NCBI GenBank assembly: GCA_964016885.1
Contig: OZ024753.1
Span: forward strand, 45,136,001-45,200,000
Length of the DNA stretch: 64,000 nt
Direction of reading: 5' to 3'
Source of the DNA: Eledone cirrhosa
Lineage: Eukaryota
Under the pieces are notes generated by a model. The model did no database searches, had not been told where the DNA came from, and saw nothing but the letters and a program-made list of their open reading frames with translations. The position numbers and the translations under genes are program-made. Below are positions 11,255 through 25,169 of the stretch, in pieces (position 1 is the stretch's first letter; every line of letters starts with the position of its first letter).

Positions 11255-11660
11255 GCTGGAAAGAGAGAAAGGGCTGCACAAGGACTGCGAGGGTTTGATC
11301 TAGGGGAACAAATATCCAGGGTGTCACACCTGGAAAGAGAGAAAGGGCTACACAAGGACTGGGAGGGTTTGATCTAGGGGAACAAATATCCAGGGTGTCA
11401 CACCTGGAAAGAGAGAAAGGGCTACACAAGGACTGGGAGGGTTTGATCTAGGGGAACAAATATCCAGGGTGTCACACCTGGAAAGAGAGAAAGGGCTACA
11501 CAAGGACTGGGAGGGTTTGATCTAGGGGAACAAATATCCAGGGTGTCACACCTGGAAAGAGAGAAAGGGCTGCACAAGGACTGGGAGGGTTTGATCTAGG
11601 GGAACAAATATCCAGGGTGTCACACCTGGAAGGAGAGAAAGGGTTGCACAAGGGCTGGGA
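11255..11660. repeat. 74-bp tandem repeat, about 5 copies
   Basis: Unit gggtttgatctaggggaacaaatatccagggtgtcacacctggaaagagagaaagggctacacaaggactggga. Confidence 0.95.
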
Positions 11661-11909
11661 TCGTAACTTGATTTATTAATCTAAAAAAGAATGAAAGGTA
11701 AAGTGAACCTGGCTAGGATTTGAACTCACAATACAAATACAGGGATCAAATATCCAACATTTTAATTACTCTGACAAACTGACCAACTCCTGTTTCTATG
11801 TATGTGTGAACATATATGTGTTACTGTGAGTGTGTGTCTGAACATATGCATTGCTGTGTGTGTGTGTCTGGGAGAGGGGTCAACACCATTAGTATAAATA
11901 TCTATATGT

Positions 11910-11959
<50 letters not shown>

Positions 11960-11978
11960 CATATATATATACATACAT

Positions 11979-12027
<49 letters not shown>

Positions 12028-12090
12028 CATACATACATACATATACATACATACATATACATATATATATATACATATATATATACATAC

Positions 12091-12134
<44 letters not shown>

Positions 12135-12248
12135 AGGGGGAGAGAGAGAGAGAAAATTTGATCTGACAAAACATATACAGGGATCAAATATCCAACACTT
12201 ATACACATATATATACGCGCACACACACACACACATACATATAGACAC

Positions 12249-12321
<73 letters not shown>

Positions 12322-12603
12322 CAGTAATTAGCTGATGTATATAAAATTGAACATTAGTAAATGGAGTGAGTAGTTGATAATAGTGTAATTATTGCTGGTG
12401 TTGTTGTTGTTGTCAGTGTTGTTGTTGTTGTTATTGTCAGTGTTCTTGGTTTTGTTGTTGTTGTTGTTATTGTCAGTGTTGGTTTCGTTGTTGTTGTTGT
12501 TATTGTCAGTGTTGTTGTTGTTGTTGTATTCAATACTTCCTCTCAGTAATGTTTGAAAGGAAACAGGAAATTGTATTATATGATCTTCACAGGGATTTAT
12601 AGT

Positions 12604-12646
<43 letters not shown>

Positions 12647-12692
12647 TATATATGTGTGTATATATATATATATATACACACATATATATGTG

Positions 12693-12738
<46 letters not shown>

Positions 12739-12776
12739 TATATATGTGTGTGTATATATATATATATACACACATA

Positions 12777-12836
<60 letters not shown>

Positions 12837-12930
12837 TATGTGTATATATATATATATATATCATCATGGCTGTTTTTCCACATATATATATTATCATCCT
12901 CCTCATTCTCTCTCTCTCTCTCTCTCTCAG

Positions 12931-13034
<104 letters not shown>

Positions 13035-13243
13035 CATCTGTCATATGGCAGTTAGACAGTGTATGCACACATTTTTGCAGTGAGGGCGGTGTTTCCTGAG
13101 GGAAGGGCTGTGAGTGATGTCATACCAGTTATATATACAGTCCCTCCTCTCAATGGAATACCTGATGGATTACAGCAGTAACCTTAGAACTACACACTCA
13201 CACGTATATTTAACTAGACTTATATAGACACACACACAATTTT

Positions 13244-13284
<41 letters not shown>

Positions 13285-13315
13285 GTGTGTATATATATAT
13301 ATATATATATATACA

Positions 13316-13358
<43 letters not shown>

Positions 13359-13385
13359 GTGTGTATATATATATATATATATACA

Positions 13386-13425
<40 letters not shown>

Positions 13426-13499
13426 TTGAATCTAATATAATTTTATGTCATTGTTTTTTGCATTTGTCTTCCTTTTACCTTGAACTATACATATATATG

Positions 13500-13611
<112 letters not shown>

Positions 13612-14049
13612 GATGTGTGTGTATAGATGTGTGTGTGTCTATATACATTCACATTAAGGAAGATTAAAACTTCCAACCACAACAGCAACAACAACATTTG
13701 TTAGTTAAAACTGCTGTGCAATGGTTTAGTTCTAAAGTTACTGTTGTTATCCACGAGGAGTTCCATAGGGAGGAAGGACTGTATATATAACTGGTATGAC
13801 AGTATGTTGACCAGTCCCTTCAGGAAATGTTTGTCTGGGAATCTGCCTCCCCCCAGACTGTGACAATCTATATCAACATGGGCCAATTGCCCTAGATAAC
13901 ATGTAGACATGTATTCACCATCTTATATAGTTTATCAAGGATGCAACATGAGAAAATGGTTAAGAAGTTTGCTTGACAATGGTCAGGTCTTTGGTTCAAT
14001 CCTTCTTGGAAATGATAAAGTTTATTTTACTGGAATTCTTTGTACTAAA

Positions 14050-14600
14050 TATCTTGGCTAAGTCCACCATGAGCTCTTTTAATTCTAAGTGATGTTTCCT
14101 CAACAGGAATTTCTTTTCTAGCTCTTCGACAGATTCGACTATAAAAATAAAGTCATCATCCTATGGAAGTTCCCAAGTATAGCTGGTCTAAAACTGCTTT
14201 TTGTAATAAAGAAAAAGGGTTGAGGACAGAAGCCTGCACATTGATATCCTCATTTACCCTACCACCTACTCCTACCTTACTCAGAGCTCCTCTATACGTG
14301 GCTTACACTGCTTTAATGAACCACTCATATAAACACAGTCTCCTTAAGGACCAACAACAAACAGAACATGGTGCTTCATTAAGGACCTTTTCCAGATTTA
14401 CAAAAACAAGATATAGGGGCTTACACTTAGCTAGAAACCTCTCTTGTAGATATTTCCCTAAGAATAGAGCATCTGCAGTGCTCCTTTCTGGCATGAAGCC
14501 AAACTGCATCTCATCTAACAAGACATGGTTGTTAATTAGTCATATTAAATCTCTGTCACTTTCATAACTTAATCCAGCTGTTTTATAGTAGTTTCTTTCT
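14050..14600 (-). pseudogene. Degenerate RTE-type LINE reverse transcriptase fragment
   Basis: LDEMQFGFMPERSTADALF...LYLVFVNLEK, which corresponds to the RT motifs QFGF..STxDA and FVDLEKA. Confidence 0.8.
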
Positions 14601-14850
14601 AGGATATACCCTTTCCCCTTGTGCCAATTAATTACATAAGCTATTAGGTACATATATAAGTGTGTGTGTGTGTACGCATGTGTCTGTGTGTGCAGTGCCG
14701 CCTCCCTCTCCATATGGCCACAGTCTAATGACTGAAACCAGTAAAGTAATGAAAGGCCATGTATATCTACCAAGGATGTTCTCTGCTCTAATTTCACCTG
14801 CTCCCCTCTCATCTTGGATAACTACAACCTGAGTTTGAGAAGATATTAAC

Positions 14851-15090
14851 TGTGCTGTTCTACCTGACATATTACCTGAGCTAGAGAAGATGTGGTGTTC
14901 TACCTGACATATTACCTGAGCTAGAGAAGATGTGGCGTTCTACCTGACATATTACCTGAGCTAGAGAAGATGTGGTGTTCTACCTGACATATTACCTGAG
15001 CTAGAGAAGATGTGGTGTTCTACCTGACATATTACCTGAGCTAGAGAAGATGTGGTGTTCTACCTGACATATTACCTGAGCTAGAGAACA
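14851..15090. repeat. 40-bp tandem repeat x6
   Basis: tacctgacat recurs at 14861, 14901, 14941, 14981, 15021 and 15061. Confidence 0.95.
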
Positions 15091-15828
15091 TATCAACTGT
15101 GGTGTTCTCCTTAACACATTAACTCTGACACTCTTCACATCTAAATTATATTGACATCATTGCTTTAGGAAATAGAGAGAATGAGGAGTGCAGGTAAGGA
15201 GGGGGGGGGGGGCAAGAAGGGGCTGGGGGAGGCAAGGGTGGGGGAGGGGAGGCAAGGAGAGGGAGCAACAAGAACAGACCATGTGTGTGTGTGTGTGTGT
15301 TACTGTTGTTGTGTGTGTACGTTGCTGTTGCATGCATGTGTATGTATTGCTGTTGTGCATGTGTGTGTGTGTGTGGTGCGGGGGGGGGGGGGTGATGGAA
15401 GAGTGTGGAGGTGGAGTGTACTGAGCGGGTGTGGTGGGGTAGGGGATTGAGTGGCGTGTGTGTGTGGGGGGAGGAGGGCGTAGTAGCGGGGTGTACTGTG
15501 GTCGGGGTGGTTAAGTGGTGTGGTGGAGTGGTGTATGGGTGTGGCGTAGGGAGTATGGTGTGGTGTATTATAATGTAGTGTGATACAGTCTACATATTTC
15601 CCTGATATAACCCCCCACCCCAACTAAATATTTAATTTCCTTTCTATTTAAGCCACAACAACAATCACACACCCTACTACAACATGTCACATGTCACAGG
15701 GGACCCCCCTCATACTATTGTTACCACACCAGCTAGATATATGATATAAACATATATATATATAAAGATTATATATATATATATAAACATTATATATATA
15801 TATATATAAACATTATATATATATAAAG

Positions 15829-15865
<37 letters not shown>

Positions 15866-15987
15866 ATTTATATGGTCTTACAACAGAGGAGGTTGTCATG
15901 TCTTTGACTCAACTGAAGAATTTCCCTTGATAGTGCATCTGAGCACTGTACACAATTTTTATTAATCCCTTTATTAGTTTGAATAAT

Positions 15988-16098
<111 letters not shown>

Positions 16099-16222
16099 GG
16101 ACGGACGGACGGACGGACAGTAAAAAAAAACCCAAAAATAACAATGCTTCCCAAGGATTTAAGATTTTTCAAAAAGATAATAGCGAGGTGCTGGAGTTAG
16201 TAGTTATGCAGTAAGCAGAGCG

Positions 16223-16257
<35 letters not shown>

Positions 16258-16263
<6 letters not shown>

Positions 16264-16480
16264 GTCTCTTATATAGGCACAAGGCCAGCAATTTTAGGGG
16301 GAGGGGAAAGTCGATTAAATCGACCCCAGTGTATTACTGGTACTTTATTTTATCGACCCCCGTAAGGATGAAAGGCAAAGTTAACCTCGGCAGAATTTGA
16401 ACTCAAGATCATAAAGGGACGTAACTCCATGCTACAAAGCATGGCGTCCGACCCTCTACCCATACTGCCAATCCACCGCC
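16258..16480 (-). mobile_element. Meta-type tRNA SINE in an (AAT)n tract
   Basis: Full consensus including the gattaaatcgacccc segment. Confidence 0.85.
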
Positions 16481-16483
16481 ATA

Positions 16484-16518
<35 letters not shown>

Positions 16519-16747
16519 CAGCAGTGATGTTAATTAGTTAATATTAGTAATTGTTTCTTTTATTAGTCACACAGGGTTAACATTAAACAAACAACAAAGA
16601 CAGAACAGGACGTTACAGTGTGGGTGTTTGTGTGTAAATAATAATAATAATAGACCCATCACCAAATTAATTGTTTAGTGTCTTAAAAACCAAGAACACT
16701 GATCCATTTTTACTTACCACCAAGGCCTGCAGTAGCAGTAGCAGTAA

Positions 16748-16789
<42 letters not shown>

Positions 16790-17235
16790 CAACACCAGCA
16801 TCTTAATGCTGATATATGCAATCATAAGACTGACATCGGCCAGTCTTAAACTTGGCCGTATAACATGACAGGGATTTTCTCTGCTGTGCCATAATAAAAG
16901 ACATAATTTATTATAATATAATATATATATATCTTCGTAATGTCTTCATCAAATAGTGTTTTGTTGTTGGTTTTATATATTTGGTACTAAAAGGTGGAAT
17001 ATTATAAAAGATATCAACTACTGAAAGAGAATGTTGTATATATTGTTATATGGTATTTAGTAGAATTGGTGTGAAATATTCAATAAAGAAAGATATCTAT
17101 TTATCTATCTAGCTATCTACATAATCTATAACCTATATATATATGTATATATATATATATATTTTTATCTATCTGTCTATTTATCTATAGCTGTCAATCT
17201 CTCTCTCCCCCTCTTTCTTCCTTTCTCTCTCTCTC

Positions 17236-17276
<41 letters not shown>

Positions 17277-17380
17277 TGAGTGAGAGAGAGAGAGGTGTAA
17301 AATCCCATCCGGTTCCAGATTATATCTTCATTATACTGTATTGTTTGCATTGTTGGTTTCCATTTACTTTTCGCATGTAC

Positions 17381-17441
<61 letters not shown>

Positions 17442-17511
17442 CACACATGTGCATGTATGTATATATATGTAATATGTATGTATATTATATACATATATAT
17501 GTCACTGTGCA

Positions 17512-17569
<58 letters not shown>

Positions 17570-17619
17570 ACTGTGCATGTGCGTGTATATATATATATAT
17601 ATAAATATGTCTCTGTGCA

Positions 17620-17652
<33 letters not shown>

Positions 17653-17703
17653 GTCTATATGCATGTGTGTGTGTGTATATATATATATATATGTCTCTGT
17701 GCA

Positions 17704-17767
<64 letters not shown>

Positions 17768-17942
17768 TATATGCATGTGTGTAAGTATATATGTATGTTA
17801 TGTATCTGTGGAATGATAAAACAAGTACGAGACTTAAAAAAACATAAGTACTGTGGTCAATATGATTGACTAGATCCCTTTAAGACTGTGCCCCAGCATG
17901 GCCACAGTCTAATGACTGAAACAAATAAAAGTATATATATAC

Positions 17943-17973
<31 letters not shown>

Positions 17974-18076
17974 CAAACAAACAAATACACACACACACAC
18001 ACAGACATATATATATATTTACACAGGCAGGCATACAGACAAACACACACACATATATATACATACATACAGACAA

Positions 18077-18113
<37 letters not shown>

Positions 18114-18128
18114 CATACATACAGACAA

Positions 18129-18189
<61 letters not shown>

Positions 18190-18452
18190 CATACATACAG
18201 ACAAACACACACATACACACACACATATATATATATATATATACATACATACAGACAAATACACACACACACACACACATATATATATACATACAGACAG
18301 ACAAACAAACACACACACACACATATATATATATACATACAGACAGACAAACAAACACACACACACACATATATATATATATACATACATACAGACAAAC
18401 ACACACATACACACACACATATATATATATATATATACATACATACAAACAA

Positions 18453-18483
<31 letters not shown>

Positions 18484-18498
18484 CATACATACAGACAA

Positions 18499-18529
<31 letters not shown>

Positions 18530-18548
18530 CATACAGACAGACAAACAA

Positions 18549-18579
<31 letters not shown>

Positions 18580-18598
18580 CATACATACAGACAAACAA

Positions 18599-18635
<37 letters not shown>

Positions 18636-18652
18636 ATAAAGATCCAACTCAC

Positions 18653-21403
18653 CACTGGTCCAGATATATCAGATAAATCAATCTTCTTCAAATGCATGTC
18701 GTGGAGAGGTAAAGAAGCCTCTGTAATCGATTTTGCACGTTTTACTGGAGGTGGTGGAGGACGGGAACGTCGGTTGCCGGCGAATTTTCCCAAAAAACTT
18801 CGTCTACTTTGAGCAGCTTTTGGTAACTCAATTTTCTCGATTGGTCTCGCATCAGTGGTGGTGGTGCTGGTGGTGGCAGCTTCTTGCCGACTGCTCTCTG
18901 TTGATGGAGCAGCAGTAATATTAGTGGGGGCAGTCTCTGTGTTGTTTGCATCGTCTTCTGCCAACGGGGGTGGGGGTACTGGAGGCTGAGGGGCAGGGGT
19001 TTTCTTTAGGGTGCCAGTTTTGTTGTCTACAGCTTTACTGAGCCGTAGCTCGAGTTCTTTGGCAAATAATGCATTTTTCTCACTGGTAGCTGCACTCCTC
19101 GGTGCACTCGGAGCTGGCATCTTTTTCGGGCTTTTCACCCTTCGCTTTACAACCACAATATCTTCCATATTTTCTGATAAGTTTGAACTGTTTGACATGG
19201 AATTTGGTTGATGTATAGATTCTCGAGACAATGTCGACTTCCGCGAAGAAGGGCTACTCTCGTCAACCTCATCTGTTGGTTCTCTCGGTCTGTCCTGGTT
19301 TTCATTCCGTACATCTGAAGAACTAATCATTTCAGATGGAGGCCGGCTGTCCAGAGTTTCGTTGCTCGTACTGCTCGTGGTTGAGGAAACGCTTACCGTA
19401 CTTTTAGTCGGAGATGGAAAGACGCGCACTCGGAACTGTCCTCCAGATGTCTCGTCTATATTACCATTATCGGGACTGAGGAATTCTGATTTACTATCAT
19501 ACATGATTGACAGCATCTCCTTACTCATATCATTCGGTTTCATTACCACATTGTTATCGAAGCTTTGTTCTGTGCTACTCTCTGAAGAGGAATCTCGTCC
19601 ACGGCGAAGGAAACTGCGGAACATACTTGCAAATCCTTTCTTCATCCTATTTTCATTGTTTTTGCCTTTATACCCATCCATACTTTCCATTGATTCGACA
19701 TCTTCTCCGACAGCAGATCTACGACACTGGTCCAAGCTTGGCCCCTTTTTGCAACTCCCATCAGAAAATTTTGTACTTGATTTAGAGGGAGAAGCAGAAA
19801 CCCCAGCCACCGGTGAAACTGGTGGTTGGGGTGCCTGGCGCTTCCCTTTAGTTTTGGTAAAATCCAAAGTGGCAGCAACAGATGCCATCTTTGCTTCAAA
19901 ATCAACTGATTTGGCCTTGGAATACCTTGCCTCGTAAGCATCTCCATCTACTTTCAACATTGTAAAGTCATCCCTGTCATATTTCCTATCTAATGAGGTC
20001 CCAGCAAAACTGGAGGACATTTCATCTCTTCTACCAATAGTTCCTTCTTTGGTAAGGTGCTGCCGCTTAACTGGAGCAGGCGGCTTCAGACCATGTCTTC
20101 TCAAAGTGTCAGAATCTCCAATATCGGTTTTTTCAAAGCAATCCTCTAATCTTCCTTCAACAGAGCGAGACATCATAGACATGACAGACTGGGTCATCTG
20201 TCGGTCATCTTTATGTCGAACACTCGGAATCGGTTTCTCGACAGGATCGCTAACACCTTTCTTCAGAGATGCCGGTTTGGGAGCAGGTTTAGGAAGCGAC
20301 TCAACAACCCGATAAGGGGAAGAACTCACCTGTTCGATATTATCGGTATCTTTACTTGTCTTTTCATTCATCCTATCTTTAGAAGCATTATTCTGCATAT
20401 TTCTACTTTGGTACAATGCTGAATTCTCAGAAGCGGATCTCAGACGAAAAGTTAAATCGGCATCAGCAGCATCCTGAAGATTCTCATTGTCTAAATTCTT
20501 CGACGATTTCAAAGGTGAGCTTTTAATTCCGTGAGTAAACTCTAAAGAGGGGCGGGAAGATAGTTGAGCTTTAGGAGACTTGTTTCGTCTAGGGAAAGTT
20601 CCAAACTTCTTTGGTAGCAGGTCACAATCTCTTAGACCTTGAAAACGATCAGCCTTCCACAGGAATTCTAATTCCACGTCTTCAAATTCTTTACTTGGAA
20701 CTCTCTTCAGGCGACCCTCCAAGGGAGTCTCAGCTCTCAAGTTATAGATGTCGGAATTCCACAGAGTATTTTCTAAAGCCAAGAGAGCAAACTGCTTTTC
20801 TTCCTCAGTCAGTTGAATACTCCCAGGGGGTGTATTCTCCGCCTCTTCGGGTACATCTTCATCATCATCTGGGTATAAATAATCGGAACCACCATCATGG
20901 CCAATAATCTCGGGTTCTGAATCAGAAAATATAACTCTATAAGTCCTATTTTCATCTTTATTTCGTCTTATCTTTAAAGCTCCTTTAAGAGGTGTTCCTG
21001 ATTTTGTCAGGTCGACTTTGGTATTGATGGAGTTGTCTTTGCTTCCCGACTGCTCACAACTTAGAGGCTTCTCATCTGAAGAATGGGTTGCAATTCTTTT
21101 AGAAACATTGTCGTCCACTAACGGTTTGATACTAAGCAGCTTAATGTTCTCATTAACATTCTGCTGGTCGTTAGCATTTTTATCGACAATTGGAGAAACG
21201 TTTGGTGCAATTGATAGGTTGCTTTTGATTAGCGATGAGTTTCGTTTTGCAGGAACGGGTGGGGAACCTCTGCCAGCAGAATTCCTTCGGGGTTTGAGAT
21301 GGTTACAGGGGGGTTTGATGTGCTCAGACCGGGGACGTAAACAGTTAGAACACAGATCTTTACGCCAGGCATTTTGTGAGAACTCTGCACACACTTCTGA
21401 CAT
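18653..21403 (-). CDS. PEAK1: First large coding exon (917 codons) of a PEAK1/PRAG1 (SgK269/pragmin)-family pseudokinase scaffold
   Basis: N-terminus [28 protein letters not shown] resembles the PEAK1 N-terminal C-x-F-x4-W-K-x3-C-x2-C-x6-H motif as I recall it. [16 protein letters not shown] and [12 protein letters not shown] resemble PEAK1 VILSGSTEVISNEGG and KKWNTIPLRNKS. Acceptor AG at 21421-21420 and donor GTG|GTGAGT at 18652. The ORF's extension to 17909 is intronic microsatellite. Confidence 0.85.
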
Positions 21404-23641
21404 CCTGATGCATCATGGGCTAGAAAGAGAGACAGAGAGAGAGTGAGAGTGAGAGAGAGGGAGAGATAGAAGAAGAAATATGGTTTCAAGAATAATAAAT
21501 ATCATGTATACAGAACCAATCTCTCAGACTTTTACAAAGAGCTGAGAAGATGAAGTTAATATAAAGAATGATGTCTAACCCATGCTAGCGTGGAAGATAG
21601 ACGTTAAATGACGATGATGATGTGTTCATGTGCAGAGATGTTACAAAATAGCTTATAAAATAGTATGAAGACCCCCCAAAAGAGGGAAAAAGAAGTTACC
21701 ATCAGCTACATGGATCAATGTTGGAACCTAAACACAATTATATATGTGGGTATACATTCATATATTTTTATTTTTCATTAGGTTTGTTGGAACCAGGTGC
21801 TAAAGGCTGTAAATACTCCCTAGTGGAGAGACACCAGTTGCTTTAATTTAGTCCTGATGTCAGTTGTGTCACAAAGGAGGTGAACATTAAGAAAGAAACC
21901 ATTGAAATAAGTTAACCAGCTGGAACCAGTTAGAAAGAATAAAGATTTCGTTTCTACTTCAGTTGATTGGGTGTGAATAAAGTATGAATGTACTGAGTAT
22001 ATTCTGAGAGACAGCTTTTGTTGCCAGCAGAGGTAACAACTGCCCAATCCCACCCCATTCAACCCTTTGTTGACTACACCAGTACTACACCCGTTTCACT
22101 ACCAATGAGATCACCAAGATGACATGACACCTTCCCTAGTGTTGGTGCAACAATAAAATACACTTTGTTAAGCGAGGGGCCGTATGTAAATTAGATGATG
22201 ACTGCAGTCCCTTCCTGTCTGAGGACCCAGAAGAGGGCTGGAATATATTTAGAAACTAGATACAGCCCCCTCCTTCCCCCTAGCCTGTCTGAGAGATCAG
22301 TGCTTCCACTTGAGTACTAACGACATGTCCAACCCTCACTAGAAGGGAAACTTGTCTTAAATGATGATGATGATGATGATGATGAAAGTGAAGGAAGGAT
22401 TTAGAGAGAATTTGTGGAACAATTTACCATTTTTATCATATTTTCATACATTATCTAATACTCAAGAGACATCACACCCATGTTGTGTATTGTTGAAGTA
22501 TTAATTGATGGTGGTGGTGGGGTAAGGGCGTGTGGCGGTGAGGGTGGTGTGGGTGAGAGGTGAGGGGGTGATAGTGATAGTGTTGGTTGGAGGAGGAGGT
22601 GGTGGATGTTAGTCAGGCAGTGGTGGTGGTGAGGGTGGTGGCAGTGGTGGTGATGGTGGTGGTGACAATGGTAGTTGTGGCAGTGACAGTGATGGTGGTG
22701 GTGGCAGTGGTGGCAGTAGTGGTGAGGGTGGCAGTGACAGTGGTGGTGGTGGTGACAATGGTAGCTGTGGTGGTGAGGGTGGCAGTGGCAGTGGTGGTGG
22801 CAGTGGCAGTGGTGGTGAGGGTGGCAGTGGCAGTGGTGGTGGAGAGAGAAGTTATGACTAGATTGAAAAGAGAAAGATTTAAACCACAGATGGCTCCAGA
22901 TCTAATCCTTTTAATCATGTTGCTTAATAGTGGAGGGGAGGGGATGTAGATATAGGGGTGGGGGTGGCACGGTGGCGGGGTGTGGTGGGGTGGTGAGGTA
23001 TCGGGGGTGGGGGTGGGGGGGTGTAGTTGTGGTGCTAGGGTGTGTAGTGTGGTGTGGTGGTAGGGTGTGATGATGTGGTAGAGCTGGGATGGAGTGGTGG
23101 GGTGGGATGGAGTGGTGGGGTGGGGGTGGAGCGGTTGAGCTGGGGTGGTGGTGGTGTGGGGTGCCTACAATGGAAGAGAGTAACTTGGGGTGTGTGTGTA
23201 TATATATATACATATATATATACCCGCCGAAATGTGATTCTCGCTAAATTTATATTTATATATGTATATATATGTGTGTGTATATATATGTGTGTGTATA
23301 TATATGTATATATATGTGTGTGTATATATATGTATATATATATGTATATATATGTGTGTGTATATATATGTATATATATATGTATATATATATGTGTGTA
23401 TATATATGTATATATATATGTGTGTGTATATATATGTATATATATATGTGTGTGTATATATATGTATATATATGTGTGTATATATATGTATATATATATG
23501 TGTGTGTATTTACCAGCGATTCTTTGGCCTAAGGTGAAGCCTATAACATCAAAATAGTGGTGGTAGTAGTAGTAGTGGTGGTGGTAGTAGTGGTAGTAGT
23601 AGTAATAGTAGTAGTGGTGGTGGTAGTAGTGGTGGTAGTAA

Positions 23642-23672
<31 letters not shown>

Positions 23673-24154
23673 GGTAGTAATAGTAGTAGTAGTAGTAGTG
23701 GTGATGGTGGTGGTGGTAGTGGTAGTAGTAGTGGTGGTGGTAGTAATAGTAGTAGAGGTGGTGGTAGTAGTAGTGGTGGTGGTTAAAGCTCTCCATACCT
23801 TCCCTTTGGGGGGTTATTTCTCACATGTTTTACTTTTGAAGAGAAGGTCATGTGAGTGGTGAGGGGGGGGGGGGGGGTATAACAAAGAATGTCACCCCCC
23901 CCCCCGTATTAACCTCACCCACAGTTGGTCCTTTCATCATCACAGTCCATAGTTTTTGTTTTTATTGTTGTTATTGTGCTGGCATCATCACAATCACCAC
24001 CAACACCACCACCATCATCATCATCACCACAAACACCACCACCATCCTTATCATCACCACCACCACTACCTTCACCACCACCACCACTATCATCACCACT
24101 ATTATCCCTATTATATACATATATATATATATATACAATATATATACACACTGT

Positions 24155-24495
24155 GACAGGTCTTTGAGAAATGTTGGCAGTACTGGCAAGAGGTATATTC
24201 TTGTTTTGTAGACCTTGGAAAGGTATATGAGCGTGTTCCTAAGGACCTGCTGTGGAAGGACCTGCAGGAGTTTCGGATCAATGGTCAGCTTCTTGTTACC
24301 CCGAAGTTTCTCTACAAATGAGTATCCTTGTATTTGTGTTAGGGATAATTAGTTCTAAGTCAAAACTATTCAATGAGCGTGTTGGACTCTTGCAAGGGTT
24401 GACACTGTCACCTCTCCTCTTTATAATCTTCATGGACAAGACTGACATACACAGCTGGGTTAGAAGTGGTGTTATGACTGTCCAGGTGTAAGATC
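24155..24495 (+). pseudogene. Degenerate LINE RT fragment
   Basis: FVDLGKVYERVP... and [16 protein letters not shown]. Confidence 0.7.
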
Positions 24496-24509
24496 AGTCA
24501 GGTGTAAAA

Positions 24510-24925
24510 TAATTTCTTCCTTGCTGCGCCAACAGTGGCCAGCAAATCTGAGTCTCTGTCCACGTATTGACCTGCTGATAGGTGGTATATTGCCATAGAG
24601 ATCCTTATTTGTTGGGTGTTCCCCCTCCCAAGACATGTTTAAAGCAGCACGGAGTATACGTGTGTATGCCCCGTCTAGCTTTTTCTCCAGTTTCAGATTT
24701 GCTGGCCACTGTTGGCGCAGCAAGGAAGAAATAGCAGGTGGTGTGTTGTTATGGAGTTCATCTCATGGATCAGGAAACGCTGGTCGTCCCAAGAAGACAT
24801 ACGTCAAGCAACTTGAGGACGATACTGGATGCACTGCGGAAGAACTGGCAAACGCTATGAGAGACAGAGATGGAGGACACGTGTCGTAGAAAGCCGAGCA
24901 AGCTCGACCTGATGATGATGATGTA
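24510..24925. mobile_element. RTE LINE 3' end with 5' inversion and (GAT)n tail
   Basis: Minus strand: LDGAYTRILRAALN...RLRFAGHCWRSKEEI. Plus strand: RFAGHCWRSKEEI...GRPKKTYVKQLEDDTG, then tgatgatgatg. Confidence 0.8.
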
Positions 24926-24934
24926 AAATAATAT

Positions 24935-25150
24935 AATAATAATTTCTAGTATAGGCACATGGCCTGTGATTTGGGGAGGGGAAAGTCGATTAAATCAACC
25001 CCAGTACGTGACTGGTACTTTATTTTATCGACCCTGTAAGGATGAAAGGCAAAGTTAACCTCGGCGGGATTTGAACTCAGATCATAAAGGGCTGTAACTC
25101 TATGCTGCAAAGCATGGCGTCCGACCCTCTACCCATACTGCCAATCCACC
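24935..25150 (-). mobile_element. Meta-type tRNA SINE
   Basis: Matches the family consensus. Confidence 0.85.
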
Positions 25151-25169
25151 AACATATTATAATAATGCT

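Noticed and set aside
19362-21446. Plus-strand ORFs overlapping the large exon
   Set aside because: They are antisense shadows of the PEAK1-like coding frame.
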